Source: Octopus sinensis | Taxonomy: Eukaryota | Assembly: GCF_006345805.1 (NCBI RefSeq) | Contig: NC_043011.1 | Location: 9,052,001-9,116,000 of the forward strand | Direction: 5' to 3' | Length of the DNA: 64,000 nucleotides | Shown: positions 47,780-62,891 of the stretch, piece after piece | How the letters are laid out: the number at the start of each line of letters is the position of its first letter | How positions within the stretch are numbered: position 1 is the first letter of the stretch | Position numbers and translations under genes: made by a program | The notes under the pieces: model-generated | Told to the model about the DNA's origin: nothing | Database searches by the model: none | Seen by the model: the letters and a program-made list of their open reading frames with translations, nothing else

Positions 47780-49480
47780 ATGATGCTGGTCAAGTGGACG
47801 CTCTAACTTGTCCGAGATCATGCTGCACTGGATGGCGTCCCATTTGTTTTGGAGGGAACGGACGCTTACATAGGTGAGAGGGCAATGGACGTCCGCAGGG
47901 CGGAGGTCAAACTGGCTCTTGACTCTTGTCTCGCCCCTCCCCAATCACAGTAAGCTCAACTGTATTGTGGAGAACCCCGTTGATGAGAACACAGCAAGAG
48001 GTCACCGACGAAAGAAATGCAGGCAGGGCCAGTGAGACAAAAGACTGGAGTCCAAAGCTGCCGTATCTGACGGGTAAGGTCGCCTGTTACCATTCAGCGT
48101 CATCAAACCAGACGTTGCATATCACTTGAATACAGGCGTAGAGATCTGTGAGGAGAGATGCATGGTTGTAACAAGGGGCACCGCGGAGGGATTACAAAAA
48201 CGGTCGACATGGCGAAGCAGTTTCTTAACTGAAACAATGCTGAATGAGTGTCGATCACATTCAGTCTGCTCATCAAAGTCTCGAGCTGGCGAAGCTTGGA
48301 TCTGCGGGTGGAGCGAATGGCAGGTGGGGAGATCGGCGAACCAAGGAAAAGGACGTCACCTTTCGAGATCACCTGCTGCTCCTAGTGAAGTAATGATCGC
48401 ACGTCCAAGGCGGAGGTCACGATGCCCTCTGCATTGTAGTTGACGTTCGCGACCTATGACTTGCGCGAATTAGTCTCGAGGTCGATCCTTACCAGAACAG
48501 GATCTATTGATCAGAGATCGTAGCAGACACTCTCTACGCCCTTACTTATCGTATGGTACCTGGACGGTACCCTACGTTGAAAGGAGCCGTGATGCTCGAA
48601 GAGGAGGAGCCCAATGGATCACCCTATTAAACGCTAGTCGAAGATAGTATGACCTTATCCGCAGTGAGGGGCACGCTTAGAGACCCGTATGACAGGTAAG
48701 CCAGCAGTTTGGCAGACGGGGTGCGGCTGAGGCATGTCTCGAGTAAGTAATCCTGGCGTAGATGGTTGAAGGCATTTTTCATATCAATCTTGACAACGAA
48801 GAGCTTGGAATTCCTCGATGTTGGCCCAGGAGGATATTGATTGAAAATCTGTCTAGTGGCATGGGTGGCTTCCTCACACTCGTTGGCCACGCCGACTGCC
48901 AACTGCACCGGGAAGAATTCCCCCGCTTAGTTCAGGTACTGCAGATCTGCAGGTGATCTTGGCTGCGAGCCCCAGGAACACATTGCCGACAACGATGGAG
49001 TGTATGCCACGTCTCTCTTAATGAGAGCGACTAGGTGAACTAAAAAGAAGCCACGAGAATAAGAATCTAGGGTGCCGTGAATGAATCTGTCAATGAGAAC
49101 CAAGATTGCGCCCAGTAGGTGGCTCCCAGGAAGACCTTCAGGTAGCCGGTCGGAGACCGTCGACACCTCTGCTGTTACCCGCAGAGAAAGAGCTAGGGAC
49201 AGAGAGGAGTTGGAGTAGGGGTCAAAGTTCTGCAGGTGGACCAGAAAGTTTGAGCCGGAGGGAAGCCAAGACCGCTTCAGTAGGGTAGAGAACTGTGGCA
49301 TCGAATGTGGTTATTCTGTCAGCAGCCGAGATATCGCTCTCGACAAGTTTGGTGATTACACAGTTGCATAAACGCTTTGAGCCGGCGTCGGGGAAGGGAT
49401 GAGGACTGCGGGTGCGTGAATGACCAGACCCGTTGTCGACAGGCAAAGCTGTTGGGGAGACCGAGGACAACTAGAGCAAA
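47780..49480 (-). mobile_element. Degenerate CRE-like non-LTR retrotransposon RT
   Basis: QLAVGVANECEEATHATR, KIDMKNAFN, QGDPLG, LGSPI...LNVIDTHSALFQLRNC. Multiple stops and frameshifts. Confidence 0.65.
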
Positions 49481-50544
49481 ATAGAACAGTCGTCCTCAAT
49501 GTATGTGTGTGTGTGTGTATAAATATATATATTTATACATATATTGATGATGATGATGATGATGATGATGATGAGGAGGAGGAGGAGGAGGAGGAGGAGG
49601 AGGAAGAGGATGGTAATGAAAACGTTCTCTTTTGTATCCAATGAAACACGAATCGATACAAAGCTGGTGAAAAATTAATAAAATTGCTAAGAATTCAAAT
49701 GAAATCCTGCTGAATGACAACAAACTGTCCTGTGAAACGGAAAACGAAGTTTGCATTTGAATTTACGGTTGATTATATTTTAGTTCTTGAGTGTCACTTG
49801 CTCGGTTGTGGTTTGCTCTCAGCAGTGAAGTTGTTGCTGGAGTCACAGAGGAGAAGCTGGCAAGCATATTCCTGCTGGCAGTAGAGACCAACACTTTGCG
49901 CTTAGAATGGAGGAAGTTCTTGATGATTAAGTGCCAGTTGTTACCAAAATTGTGGATCAAATTCCAGTTGTTTCAAGACTTTCCTAAATTTTAGATTTTA
50001 GTGTAGAATGGTCTTCAATCGCTTCGTCGAGGGTGGGCATGGGGATCATTTGGAAGTTAATAGTAAAGAGTTACCTTTGGGATTCCAGTGCTTTCCACAC
50101 GAATGATACAGCACACTCAGCACATTTGTGCACGTAACGAGAATCTTTCGGTGCCGTTTATATTAGAAATTTCAAAGAAGATATCGCTATTTGGTATTTT
50201 ATCATTCCATGGAATGTTACGTATTGAATGCAAACATCTCATTTGAAGTGAGTCTTGGGGTGGGGTTGGAGGCTGTTCTCCATGTGATTCCTGTTTTACA
50301 ATAATTTTAGTCTTTTACCCTTTAATATGTCTCAGTTATTCGATTGTGGCCATACTGGGGCATTACTTTGAAGAATTTTAGTCGAACGAATCGACACCAT
50401 ATATTAAGCCTGGTACTTATTCTGTCGGTACCTTTCACCAAACCACTAAGTTGCGAGAATGTAAACACACTAAAACCGGTTGTCAAAAGGGTGGTACTGG
50501 ACAAACACAGACCCCCAAACACACACACACGCACATGCATATAC

Positions 50545-50836
50545 ACCGTGGCACTCCGTCGGTTTCGACGACGAGGGTTCCGGTTGACCCGATCAACGGA
50601 ACAGCCTGCTCGTGAAATTAAAGCGCAAGTGGCTGAGCACTCCACAGACACATGTACCCTTAACGTAGTTCTCGGGTAGATTCGGTATGACACAGTCTGA
50701 TAAGGCTGGCCCTTTGAAGTACAGGTACAACAGAAACAGGAAGAACGAATGAGAGAAAGTTGTGGTTAAAGAGTACAGCAGGTTTCGCCACCACGCCCTG
50801 CCGGAGTCCGCTGCCCTAACCACTGGGCCATTGCGC
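50545..50836. mobile_element. Two further SINE fragments nested inside a family A SINE
   Basis: Distinct SINE body at 50545-50760 and a tRNA-like head GGCGCAATGGCCCAGTGGTTAGGGCAGCGGACTC on the minus strand at 50790-50836. Confidence 0.6.
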
Positions 50837-50889
50837 CTCCATATATACATAGATGTATATACACGCATACATATGTGTGTGTGCGCGTG

Positions 50890-50920
<31 letters not shown>

Positions 50921-53538
50921 GACGGGCTTCTTTCAGTTTCCATACTAAATCTACTCACAAGGCTTTGGTCGGTCCGAGGCTATAATAAAAGACACTTGTC
51001 CAAAGTGCCATGCAGTGGGACGAACCCGGAACCATGTGGTCGGGAAGAAAGCTTCTTATGCACCTATATGGTAATTTTTAGAACGATAAACCGAAATCTT
51101 TGCTTTAAGTGAAACATCATAGTCTTTAGAGAGGTGTTGGGATAAATATCAGAAAGACGTGTTGTGTGAGGATTCGCCAGCAAAACCATAACACCACAGA
51201 ATGATTAGGAATAATTTAGAATAAATTCCGAAGTGGTGGCCGCAGGATGGGGTATTAATGATTTTGGCGACAGGAATAAAAGTTTTGTAAATATAGTAAG
51301 AATAATTCTTTGTGTAAAAGTTTAGCAAACGGCTCAATGAGGAAGGAAAAAAAATTTCAAAATTCTGACCGATAATATATAATTTCATGCCTGCTGCCGG
51401 AAAACTTAATAGCAATGTGGGCGCCTGCATACCTGACGGAGATATATACGGGTATTTATTATATATATTTGTGTGTACGTGCGTCAATACACACACACGC
51501 ACGACATAAATACACACACGCACACACTAATATATATATATATATATAATATATATATATATAATTTTATACGATTTGAAGTATATGCTTTTGCTTATGC
51601 ATATACACACAATCTATATCTGTAAACATATTTAGTCTCTGACTGAAGGAATGTTAGGATTACAAGCAAATTATATAAGTCACGTGAGCATCAGCATGGA
51701 GATGGTGAGTTCTAGAATCTTTGTCTCTTCCCTTGATCTTGTTTACTTGTTTCACGTTTAAAAGACTTCTCATATTGTTGCAGACTGCGTTATTGCTTTC
51801 AGAATTTAGAAATGGATCTCTCTCTCTCTCCCTCTCTCTCGCTCTCTCCGTCCCTGTCTTTCTCTCTCTCTCTATCTATCTTTCTGTTTGTGCATATATA
51901 TATATATATATATAATATATATATATATATTATATATATATATATATACGCGTGTGCGCACACACACACATACAAAGGCGAATAAATATATATAAATGCA
52001 ATACAAGATAAATTCTTGTTTTATTGAAATTATTTTCGCTCCCAGAGAAAGTGAAACACTCACCAGGTGGCAACTGGGAGAACTCCAAATGATAGGGGGA
52101 GATAATCTCATGAATCGAGAATTCTTCAGAACTGACTTGACATTAAAGAAAAACGTTGATGTGAACTTTTGGAGGCCAGCGACAGCTATGGACACAGGTT
52201 TCTGTTCAAAATATATCATGATGAGCAGAGCACGTGATCTACCTTGTCTCCAATAGACAATATACGAAAAACGAGGTGAATATATGGCCTACGAAGTTTA
52301 CGTAATTTACGCAAAAAATGAACTGAAAGAAACAACTCAGTCTAGCCATTAGAACTATTCGAGCAACACACATCGCCGCCAGCGCCACCACCGAAACAAG
52401 AAAACTACGAACCAAATAAACCGCCCAAACTGCAGTTCGAAAGCGATTTGATGGAGGAGCAACAGACAGGAGAAATACTGTTAAGTGAGGCGAATATTTC
52501 AAAGAGCTGAACATAGAGCCATCTGAAACATTTGTTATCCAGAGAAACATGTAAGACAACGAGAGCGAAACAACTGATGATTTACAGGCTTCAACGAGAA
52601 AATCGCAACAAATGATTGAGGAGGGGCCTTTCGGGGAATCCCCCACCTCAACTAGTTTACTCGGACAACTCCAACATCAAGACGAGTAACCTCTCTCTCA
52701 CTTCCTCTCTTTCTCTCCCTCTCTTTCTTGGGTCGCTAAAATAAAATACCAGTCATATGCTCGGGTCGCAGTAACAGACTGTTCCCATTTTCTTCAGTTG
52801 CTGACCTTGTACAACTGTTAGACATAGTTATTGTTAGAAGATTGTGGCTGAGCGAACCGGTAGAGCATCGGACAAAATGCATTGTGTTATGCAATCACGT
52901 TTGCTTACTTCCCGGTTTCAAATCCCACTGAAACCAAGTTTTTCAGAATCGACAAAATACAATACCAGACGTCTACTGGGCTCAATGTAATGGAGTACAC
53001 TTCTCCCAGAAAATGTTGGTCTTGTGCCAAGTGTAAGAAATAATCGTTGCGTTTTATCTGCAGTTTATATTTGAAATTCCTGCCTGTTATTCCTTCCCAC
53101 CGCCAAAAGCAGTTCCATTCCATTTCCAAACTGCCAGCCTTTGTCTTGCTTTCAGTCTCCTCCACTAGTTTCGTTCTTCGGGGCAATCACCGCTAATAAT
53201 CTTTTTTTCTTTATATTTCATTATATTATTATTATTGTTGTTGTTGTTGTTGTTGTTCTTATCATTGTTTACCGTTTTACTTTGAAAGCTACGTGGCTGG
53301 TCGTGTTTATATTCCTCAACCAAGATTTATTCCATTGTTTGACGAACAGAAACTGTTAACAGATGGACATTACAATCAAGACTGAATTTACTTACTCCAC
53401 CAGCAAAGTAATCTTGCCGTCTTTCAGTCCTCCTCCTTCTCCTCCTCCTCCTCCTTGTAATCGTCGTCGTCATCATCATCATCATCATCATCATCTTACT
53501 TTTTCTTTCCCCTCTTTCTCCTCGCTTTCTATACACGC

Positions 53539-53617
<79 letters not shown>

Positions 53618-54779
53618 TAGTTATTCATCCAGTGTAAAGAGAAAAAAGAAGAGGAGGAGGATGTACGAAGAACCCCAAATGGTTGACTAGCAGAATGTAG
53701 ACCTTCTTTGATCTCTGTCTTAATTCCCTGTGTATCCTTGCAATGCCATCAGATCGAAACTAGTGGTAGCACTGCAACATTAACGAGTGAGCTATTTGGC
53801 TGTACTGAATTCGAATTCTCCCTTAGCGAGGAAAATGTCTTAAGATCATCCTATGATCTACCCAGGGTTTGAATTACCCTGCCTTTGGCTGAAATCAGAG
53901 TAGGATCGTGAATTAAGATACACAAATAAACTGTAGTTGCTGTAATTAAGTAATAAATTGGAATTGATGCGATCCACGAAAGTGTTCTACGGCAAAAGTT
54001 GGTTTCGTGCCAAGATCATAAGAAGGAAATCAATGCCAGTCAAAGACCTATCTTCAGTTTTGTTTCCATCTTGAAGATGTTTTTTTTACAGGAATTTATT
54101 GTTTGGTTCATTTTTGTCAGAAAAAAAAAGGCAGAGAAGATATCTTACAAGATAACCAGGGTTAAAACTGTTTATCTCAAGTGGCTTGAAATAAGTCGGG
54201 TGGTTTGTTTATTTCTAATGAATCATAACGAAAATATATCGTTGTGAAATTCGAAACTGTTTCAACGATAAACACTGTTTAAAAGCTTTATTTCAAGAAA
54301 ACAGAAAAAGCACAGCGCAAAAAAAGAAAGAAAAAGCTTTAAATCTATAAAACTTTGTTTATGTCGAACAGTTTGGACGAGACAAGGTTCTCTAAACAAT
54401 TTTGAAATGAAAACCCAGAGGAATGTTGAGCATTTTACCATATTTTGAGTTTATGGTAAAGTATTAAGGATGCGGGGCTGGCAGAATCGGAAGAGCCTTG
54501 GGCAAAATGCTTTACAGCACTTTACATTCTCAGTTCAAATTCGACGGTCAGCTTTGCTTTTCATTCCAAAGGGATCGATAAAATAAAATACCAGTCATGT
54601 AATGGGGTCGACTAATGCCTCCCCTCAGAATTGCTAGCCTTGTACCTAGATTAGAAACAACTGAATCATAACGTGTTATGGGAAGAGGAAGAGTGAGAAG
54701 CAAAGTTGGAAATAATCTTCCGACGAACCGAAATGGCGGCAGGGGTTCGATCTGTTTGATGTCATTTCTTTTTACTTTC

Positions 54780-55161
54780 TCTTGGAAGATGAGAATAGAG
54801 AGGGAAGTTTTGTCGCATGAAAGTTTTAATAAAAGGTGGGTGAATGTAGCAAAGATGGTAAGCCTGAATCATGAACCTACTTTGAGCATGATCCTGCAAA
54901 TGCGAGAGAGAGAGAGAGAGAGAGAAAGAGAGCGCTTTACTCTCATGTATTTCTTTCCCTACCTGATGTTACCGTGGTCTTTTTTGTAGGCTTTTCTTTC
55001 CACGGATAAACCTAGTCCGTTTTACATTTTTACTCCGCCTTATTTTGCTGTTTACACGTACAAAACGCTTTCCATCCCTTTTGATCGTTTTTTTTTTCTC
55101 CGAAAGAAAAGTTTTACATTGTATTGTCCTCTCTGTGTTCGGCCTTGTGGCTAATAAAGAA

Positions 55162-55237
<76 letters not shown>

Positions 55238-55260
55238 GTCTGTCTGTCTGTCTGTCTGTA

Positions 55261-55325
<65 letters not shown>

Positions 55326-55421
55326 GTTTTTTGTTTTTTGTTTTTTTCATCCCCCAAAAGAAAAGCTCTACCTTGTAATTTGTCCCATCTGTGTGCAGCC
55401 CTGTGTGGCCAATAAAGAAAC

Positions 55422-55425
<4 letters not shown>
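54780..55425 (+). mobile_element. L1/Tx1-like LINE 3' end with a duplicated terminus, each copy followed by (TCTA)n
   Basis: KMRIEREVLSHESFNKRWVNVAKM is homologous to 39828-40130. Termini ...GTGGC(T/C)AATAAAGAAA at about 55160 and 55420. Confidence 0.72.
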
Positions 55426-55489
<64 letters not shown>

Positions 55490-55490
55490 A

Positions 55491-55575
<85 letters not shown>

Positions 55576-58500
55576 TTCTGTCTGTCTGTCTACACGACGG
55601 GTTTCTTTTATTTTCTGTCTACCAAATCCATTCACAAAGCCTTGATTGGCCCGATGCTATAGTAGAAGAGACTTGCCCAAGGTGCCATGCGGTAGGTCTG
55701 AACACGTCTGTGCCTTTTATCTAAAGCAAAAACAAAAGCTTATCTTCACATTCTGACATTTACTGAAATGTCTCGGATTTACCGCACAACTTCTAACAGG
55801 GTTCCCCTTAATATAAAGACCCAGTTTTCGCTGTGTGCAATATCAATTATTATTATTATTATTATTATTTTTTTTTTGAGATTAACATTTTAGAGAAATG
55901 CATAATCAGAGAAAATAGGTTTGCCTGGGACAGAATGTGTATTGCATAAAGTAATTTAATACAACAAAACAAAACTGCACATCCTGAAGGCGTATATAGG
56001 GTGCAGTGTCATGCAGCGGAAAATGCACGAAATGGGGGAAATAATGTGAAAATAATTTATTGATTTTAAATTTTTTGTGGAGAGAAATAGAGAGAATTTG
56101 GTGTGAAAACATAGAAAAGAAGAAACATCGGGAAGAAAACTGTTCTGAATAAACATCCTCGTATGATAAATAGTTATGATAACTTTCATTTCCTTCAAAC
56201 CGGAAATAGCAAGTTATATTTCTCTATTTCAAAACCGGAAATGCGAAATGAATTAACCAACTGCATTTATAACGAATGGCCAAGCCAATAAGAGAGCGTC
56301 GATGTTGTCGCTCCACTTCCTAGAAATAGCAGCTATATCTTCTTGAACTAACTCAACCGCCTTAAAAGAAGAAGAGCGTATTGGATTGTGTAGTACTAGA
56401 TACACAAGGGCTGAAACCAAAATGAGCTAGTCACGACTGGAACGCTTCTGTTAATAAGCTTCCTTAATTCGAAGTGATGTAGGGATAAGCGAAAACAGAA
56501 GCAGCAACGGTTTTTGGTTAGTGACGACGTTAAACGTTGCCTTATGGTTCGGCAGATTAATGGTCAACTAAACGACCAGCATGATCCTGGGTCAGACAAA
56601 ATGGCCTGAATAACCGACAGCAGCAAAAATAACCAATTTCTTACAAACACTAAAAAAAAAAAAGAATCTTGGAACTTATTTTAAATTACTGAATTAAAAA
56701 AAAATTATTACAATTAACTCAGAATTAAAAAATGCGGGGAAATACATCACTGCTTTCTCTCCTATTAACAACATTGCTACCCACAACACTGCTTTCTGTC
56801 ATTAGCAACTCACTAAAATATCATCAGAAACATCTGTTTCTACGCCATTATCATAATAAGCGCAATAGTAACGTTTTTAGACTTAATTCAACAACTAATT
56901 ACTTTAGGGTTTTTAATTAAGGTGTTTTCTGTCATGAAGAGATAGCCACACGTTTATGAGGAAGTGTTTAGTTTCAGGTACGCGGAAACTTTCTATATTT
57001 GAAAGTTACATTGAATTAAGTGTAATCTAATAAGGACCTCATTAACGAAACTTTTATTAATGATCAAATTACATTTAATGTCAAAATATAATTATAGATA
57101 ATAATATTGTTAACTGATCTTTTAATGGCTTACATATATTTCATGATTAAATATAATATGGTATCAACAAAAATATGCAGTTTTTATGCCAAATCCAGAC
57201 TCATTCCAAACTTCTGTAATTAAGTAATTAAAATCCTGCACGTGACCTTCAGGTGTCAGGTTTCCAATTCATGCTTTAGATTATTTTACCCCACGTTTTA
57301 ATGGATATCTATTTTATTGATTCCATGGGGATGAGAAACGAAATCGATTTTAGTGTGATTTGAACTTGCAACATAGAGGAATGGATTTTGCCCCGCATTA
57401 TACTGAATCTGCCAAACCTTCCCCCTTATTATGTATTAAAGGGACGGATTTGAATTCCCATTCTTGATTTCGTTTCGAGATTCATAAAGAAAAGATTCTT
57501 GTAACAACAGCCTTACTAATTGGTTTGACCTTACATGATAAAAGACCTGTGTCGCCATCTGGCCTTGTGCCTAACAAACATAGCAATTTCTTAGGCACCA
57601 AACTGGCCTCATGCCTAACGCAGACATCAATATTCTTATATATGCAGCTGGCTTTGTGCCTATCAGAGCTATCAATATCTATGTATCCAGCTGGCCTTGT
57701 ACATAAAATAGAAATCAATATACCCGTATCATACCCGTTTAAACAAGTCTAAAATAATAATGTTTGAAGACATTCGAGTAAAATTTAACAGAAACTTTTG
57801 GAATTTGCTTGTTCTCTAAAATATTATTTTTGGCTCTGAAATTCATAAAAGCTTGCTAAAACAACTTTGGTAAAATATGAAAAAGGTCAAACTTAAATGT
57901 TAAATGCTGAAAAACAATGTTGGATTTCTGCAATCTGGTCTTGAAATGTCGAAACATGTATGAAATGTAATATATTTCTACTCTCTCAGAATATTCAGGT
58001 TTCATTAATAAGCAAAAAAACCCCCAAAAAACTGATGATAGAAATTAGCACCTCCAATTTGGAGTTAAACGCATCTCAAATATACTTTTCTAATCTAGGC
58101 ACAAGGCCCAAAATTTTTGGGGAGGGAGCCAGTCGATTAGGTCGACTCCAGTACGTAACTGGTACTTAATTTATCAGCCCCGAAAGGCAAAGTCGACCTC
58201 GGCGGAATTTGAACTCAGAACGTAACGGCAGACGAAATGCCACAAAGCATTTCGCCCGGCGTGCTAACGTTTCTGCCATCTCACCGGCTGAAACTCACTC
58301 AAATATAATGGAGGATGGTTGGGTGGGCCTCTTGAGATGCTACAATCAACTCAGAAAACAGTTGTTCCTATCATGTCACCTTTAATACTTGATGTGGGCA
58401 GTCAAAAAACTTAAATCTCAGACCAGCTAGCTGTAAATAAATACCACAGGGCTGGAGAATGTTTTTGATTCCAGTAGTGACAGCACAGTCAAACGTTAGT

Positions 58501-59264
58501 ATGACGTTTTGGGTTCAAATCGTCCTGAGGGTTTATACGGCTGAGACAGGGATGGGTTCTGTCAAGCTGACCCTTGCCGCAGCAGGATGTGCACAGTGCG
58601 ACGAACCCGTTTCCCGTGCACTGGTTCAGTGCCGAGCATTATTGTTTGCGGAATTTTATCAAACGGTTGATGCCGTCAGTTGAACGAATTCAGTTATCGG
58701 CCAAGTTCATCGCAAAGACGACGCTGCCACCTTTCACTGACCGCTAAGAATGGCCAGTTTTTCTCTGTCTGGTCTCTATGGTGAGATGGATGATGCGATG
58801 GGTGAGATTAAAAGATAAATTCATAGTGTATCAATAGTATTTTGCGTTAGTACTGTACTGAGCTACAGAACAGATCGAAAGAGATTGAACAACAACTTGT
58901 TTATAGACAGCTGTATATACTTGTCTATACAATATCTGTATACACAGTACTTTATATATACAAAAATATCTTCGTGGATAGAAAAACCGATACAAGTTAT
59001 TTACATCAATCTGGCATCGATGAGGTTCTGTTTAATTTGGATCAGTCGATAGCCTTCAATTATTGGTACTACTACCACCTTTTACACCGACCACAACTGC
59101 TTTACCTCCCAAGCTAACCTGTCATATCTATCGACTTTTCATTCTTCTTTATTGCATACCTTGTTGTCAGCTGAGCATCGTATATCTATGATACAGCATC
59201 GCTTGCTTTCTTTCTCAATTAACACTATATCATCATCATTATCATCATCATCATCATCATCATC

Positions 59265-59321
<57 letters not shown>

Positions 59322-59474
59322 TAGCTTTATTTTTATAGCGTGCTTTCACTTCACTACCGAGCGCAGCTCTGTGTGCCTTGGGTATGTGCTGTGATTTGAT
59401 GTGATGCTCTGATGATGGTTATTGTATGGAAAGTGTTCTGCGTAGGATGTGTGCAGTGCCTAGTAGTGCCTAGT

Positions 59475-59529
<55 letters not shown>

Positions 59530-59804
59530 TATTATTATTATTATTATTGTTATTGTTATTATTATTATCATTATTATTATTATTAATATTAAGGCGTCGG
59601 GCTGGCAGAATCGTTAACATTCTGGACGAAATGCTTAGCAGTATTTCGCCCGTCGCTCCGTTCTGAGTTCAAATTCCGCCGAAGTCGACTTTACTTTTCA
59701 TCCTTCCAGGGTCGATAAATTAAGTACCAGTTACGCACTGGGGTCGATGTGATCAACTAGTCTTCTTTCTTCAAATTTCAGGCCTTGTGCCTTTTGTAGA
59801 AAGG

Positions 59805-59850
<46 letters not shown>

Positions 59851-59894
59851 TATTATTATTATTATTATTATTATTGTTATTATTATTATTATTA

Positions 59895-59970
<76 letters not shown>

Positions 59971-60121
59971 TTATATTATTATTATTATTATTATTATTGT
60001 TATTATTATTATCATTATTATTATATTATTATTATTATGATTATTATTATTATTGTTATCATTATTATATTATTATTATATATTATTATTATTATTATTA
60101 TTATTATTGTTATTATTATTA

Positions 60122-60153
<32 letters not shown>

Positions 60154-60172
60154 GTTATCATTATTATTATTA

Positions 60173-60218
<46 letters not shown>

Positions 60219-60301
60219 GTTATTATTATTATCATTATTATATTATTATTATTATTATTATTATTATTATGTTATCATTATTATTATTATTATTATTATT
60301 A

Positions 60302-60344
<43 letters not shown>

Positions 60345-60354
60345 GTTATTATTA

Positions 60355-60389
<35 letters not shown>

Positions 60390-60460
60390 GTTATCATTAT
60401 TATTAATTATTATTATTATTATTATTATATTATTATTATTATATATATTATTATTATTAT

Positions 60461-60539
<79 letters not shown>

Positions 60540-60559
60540 TGTTATTATTATCATTATTA

Positions 60560-60600
<41 letters not shown>

Positions 60601-60662
60601 TATTGTTATTATTTTATTATATTATTATTATTATTATTGTTATCATTATTATTATTATATTA

Positions 60663-60694
<32 letters not shown>

Positions 60695-60707
60695 GTTATT
60701 ATTATTA

Positions 60708-60769
<62 letters not shown>

Positions 60770-60816
60770 GTATTATTATTATCATTATTTTATTATTATT
60801 TTATTATTATATGTTA

Positions 60817-60851
<35 letters not shown>

Positions 60852-60866
60852 TTATTATTATTATTA

Positions 60867-60911
<45 letters not shown>

Positions 60912-60964
60912 TGTTATTATTATTGTTATTATTATTATTATATTATTTATTGTTATTATTATTA

Positions 60965-60995
<31 letters not shown>

Positions 60996-61090
60996 GTATT
61001 ATTATTATTATTATTATTATTATATTATTATTATTATCATTATTATTATCATTATTGTTATTATTATTATTATTAATTATTATTATTATT
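59805..61090. repeat. ~1.3-kb degenerate (TTA)n array
   Basis: Continuous ATT/TTA with GTT and ATC variants. The 429-aa ORF is an artefact. Confidence 0.97.
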
Positions 61091-61325
61091 AAGGTGGTTA
61101 TGATGTAGAATATAGAAAAAAAAAACTAAAGCAAAATTCGACAGATACTCCTACTTTTTGTTTATATTTAATATTTTATTGCAATTAAGTACGTAGGAAA
61201 TTTTTAAGAGTGCACGCATATATACACGTGAGCTTAGACATATAGCATTTACATACATATACACACACACACACATATATATATATATAATATATATATA
61301 TATGTGGGTGTGTCTGTGTGTGTAC

Positions 61326-61384
<59 letters not shown>

Positions 61385-61440
61385 GTGTGTGTGGTGTGTG
61401 TGTGTGTGTGTGGTGTGTGTACATATATATATATATATAT

Positions 61441-61480
<40 letters not shown>

Positions 61481-61513
61481 GCATATCTGTATACATTAAG
61501 CATGTATATATAT

Positions 61514-61546
<33 letters not shown>

Positions 61547-61834
61547 TATATTCATGTGTGTGTGTGTTTATGAGTATAAGTGCGTATAATATAGCGTCAT
61601 CTCCACTTTTCCGCCTGTTTCCTATCTTTATTTCGGAGCAGCAGCGAGTTTATAATGAGACAGATAATGCCATAATGGTCTAAACAGACTTCGGAAGCGA
61701 AGAAGAGAGTTCTATGAGCAATACTGATATAGTTTAGTAGTAAGTAAATAGTTGTCATTTACTGCCAAAACACTGCAGACGAAGCCAAGCATGTTGGCAT
61801 TATTTCACATCGGGGAAATATATACAGAGATGCC

Positions 61835-61896
<62 letters not shown>

Positions 61897-62852
61897 GCAC
61901 ACACACACACACACACAGATATACATAATGCATGATGATGATGATGGTGGTGGTGGTAATAATAATATTAACTAACAAATAATATGTCTGGAGTAGAATA
62001 ATATATCGACATGAAATTATTTAAAGAAGATATCAGAGGAGTAGTGAGGTATTATTTAAACAACTGCAATAGTCGGCTTGTGGTGGTGGTGGTGGGTGAG
62101 TGGGAGATGAAAATATGTCTACAGATGAGTGACGTGTTTCGTCTGCCTCTCCGTGTTCTTCTGCCATCCCAAACATGTTGTCAGGTGGCAATAAAACCAT
62201 GAAACACTTCCAGAAGTCAACAACAACATGAACAACAATGATTCATTCTGACGGTAAATTATTGTACTGCATTATGAATCTCTGATTCACCTGGATGTGA
62301 CGTCTGTCTCCAGACAGGTAAAAATCATTGGAAGATCTTCTGTTGAACTTTAAGGAACTCCAAGAAGTACAAAGAATTAGTTCCTGGGCCAGGAGGAATG
62401 GATAGTGCCCACGGACATTGCAGGTCGTCTATGATCTAGAAAGATCGATATTATTAGCATTCTGCTGATAGTGTTTCAGCTTGACATCCGTATGAAGTAC
62501 AAGAAAGGGAGTTCCGGAAGACCGAGATTCTGGGGGAGGAAGGACTGGTCTGTGATGAACACAGGAAGTCGGACACAACTCAGATATGAAAGGAGAGACG
62601 AGACAATTGGTGATCCCTCTGGCGGTGGTCATGCTATTTGCCTGAAGAGACGAAATATAATTACGACATTTCGGATGTGTTCTCCTGCATCGGAATATGA
62701 ATGTGAGGTGTGAAAAGGGAAAGAAAGACAAGCATAAACATAATGATGAAGGTGATGACGATCGTGATGATGATGATGATAAATGATAGAACGAGAAGTG
62801 AAGGCAAAAATACCCAAATGTAGCTTATGGTTCGCTGGTGTGTGTGTGTGTG

Positions 62853-62891
<39 letters not shown>

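Noticed and set aside
51996-52680. Coding-like, stop-interrupted stretch, possibly a LINE ORF1 relic (similar impression at 6380-6800 and 62300-62720)
   Set aside because: No motif I can identify with confidence; would need tBLASTx or an HMM search.
58450-58800. GC-richer unique island with a 74-aa ORF
   Set aside because: No recognisable domain or splice pattern in six frames; unresolved.
59787-61076. 429-aa ORF and overlapping I/L/Y-rich ORFs
   Set aside because: Translation of a (TTA)n array; no coding complexity.
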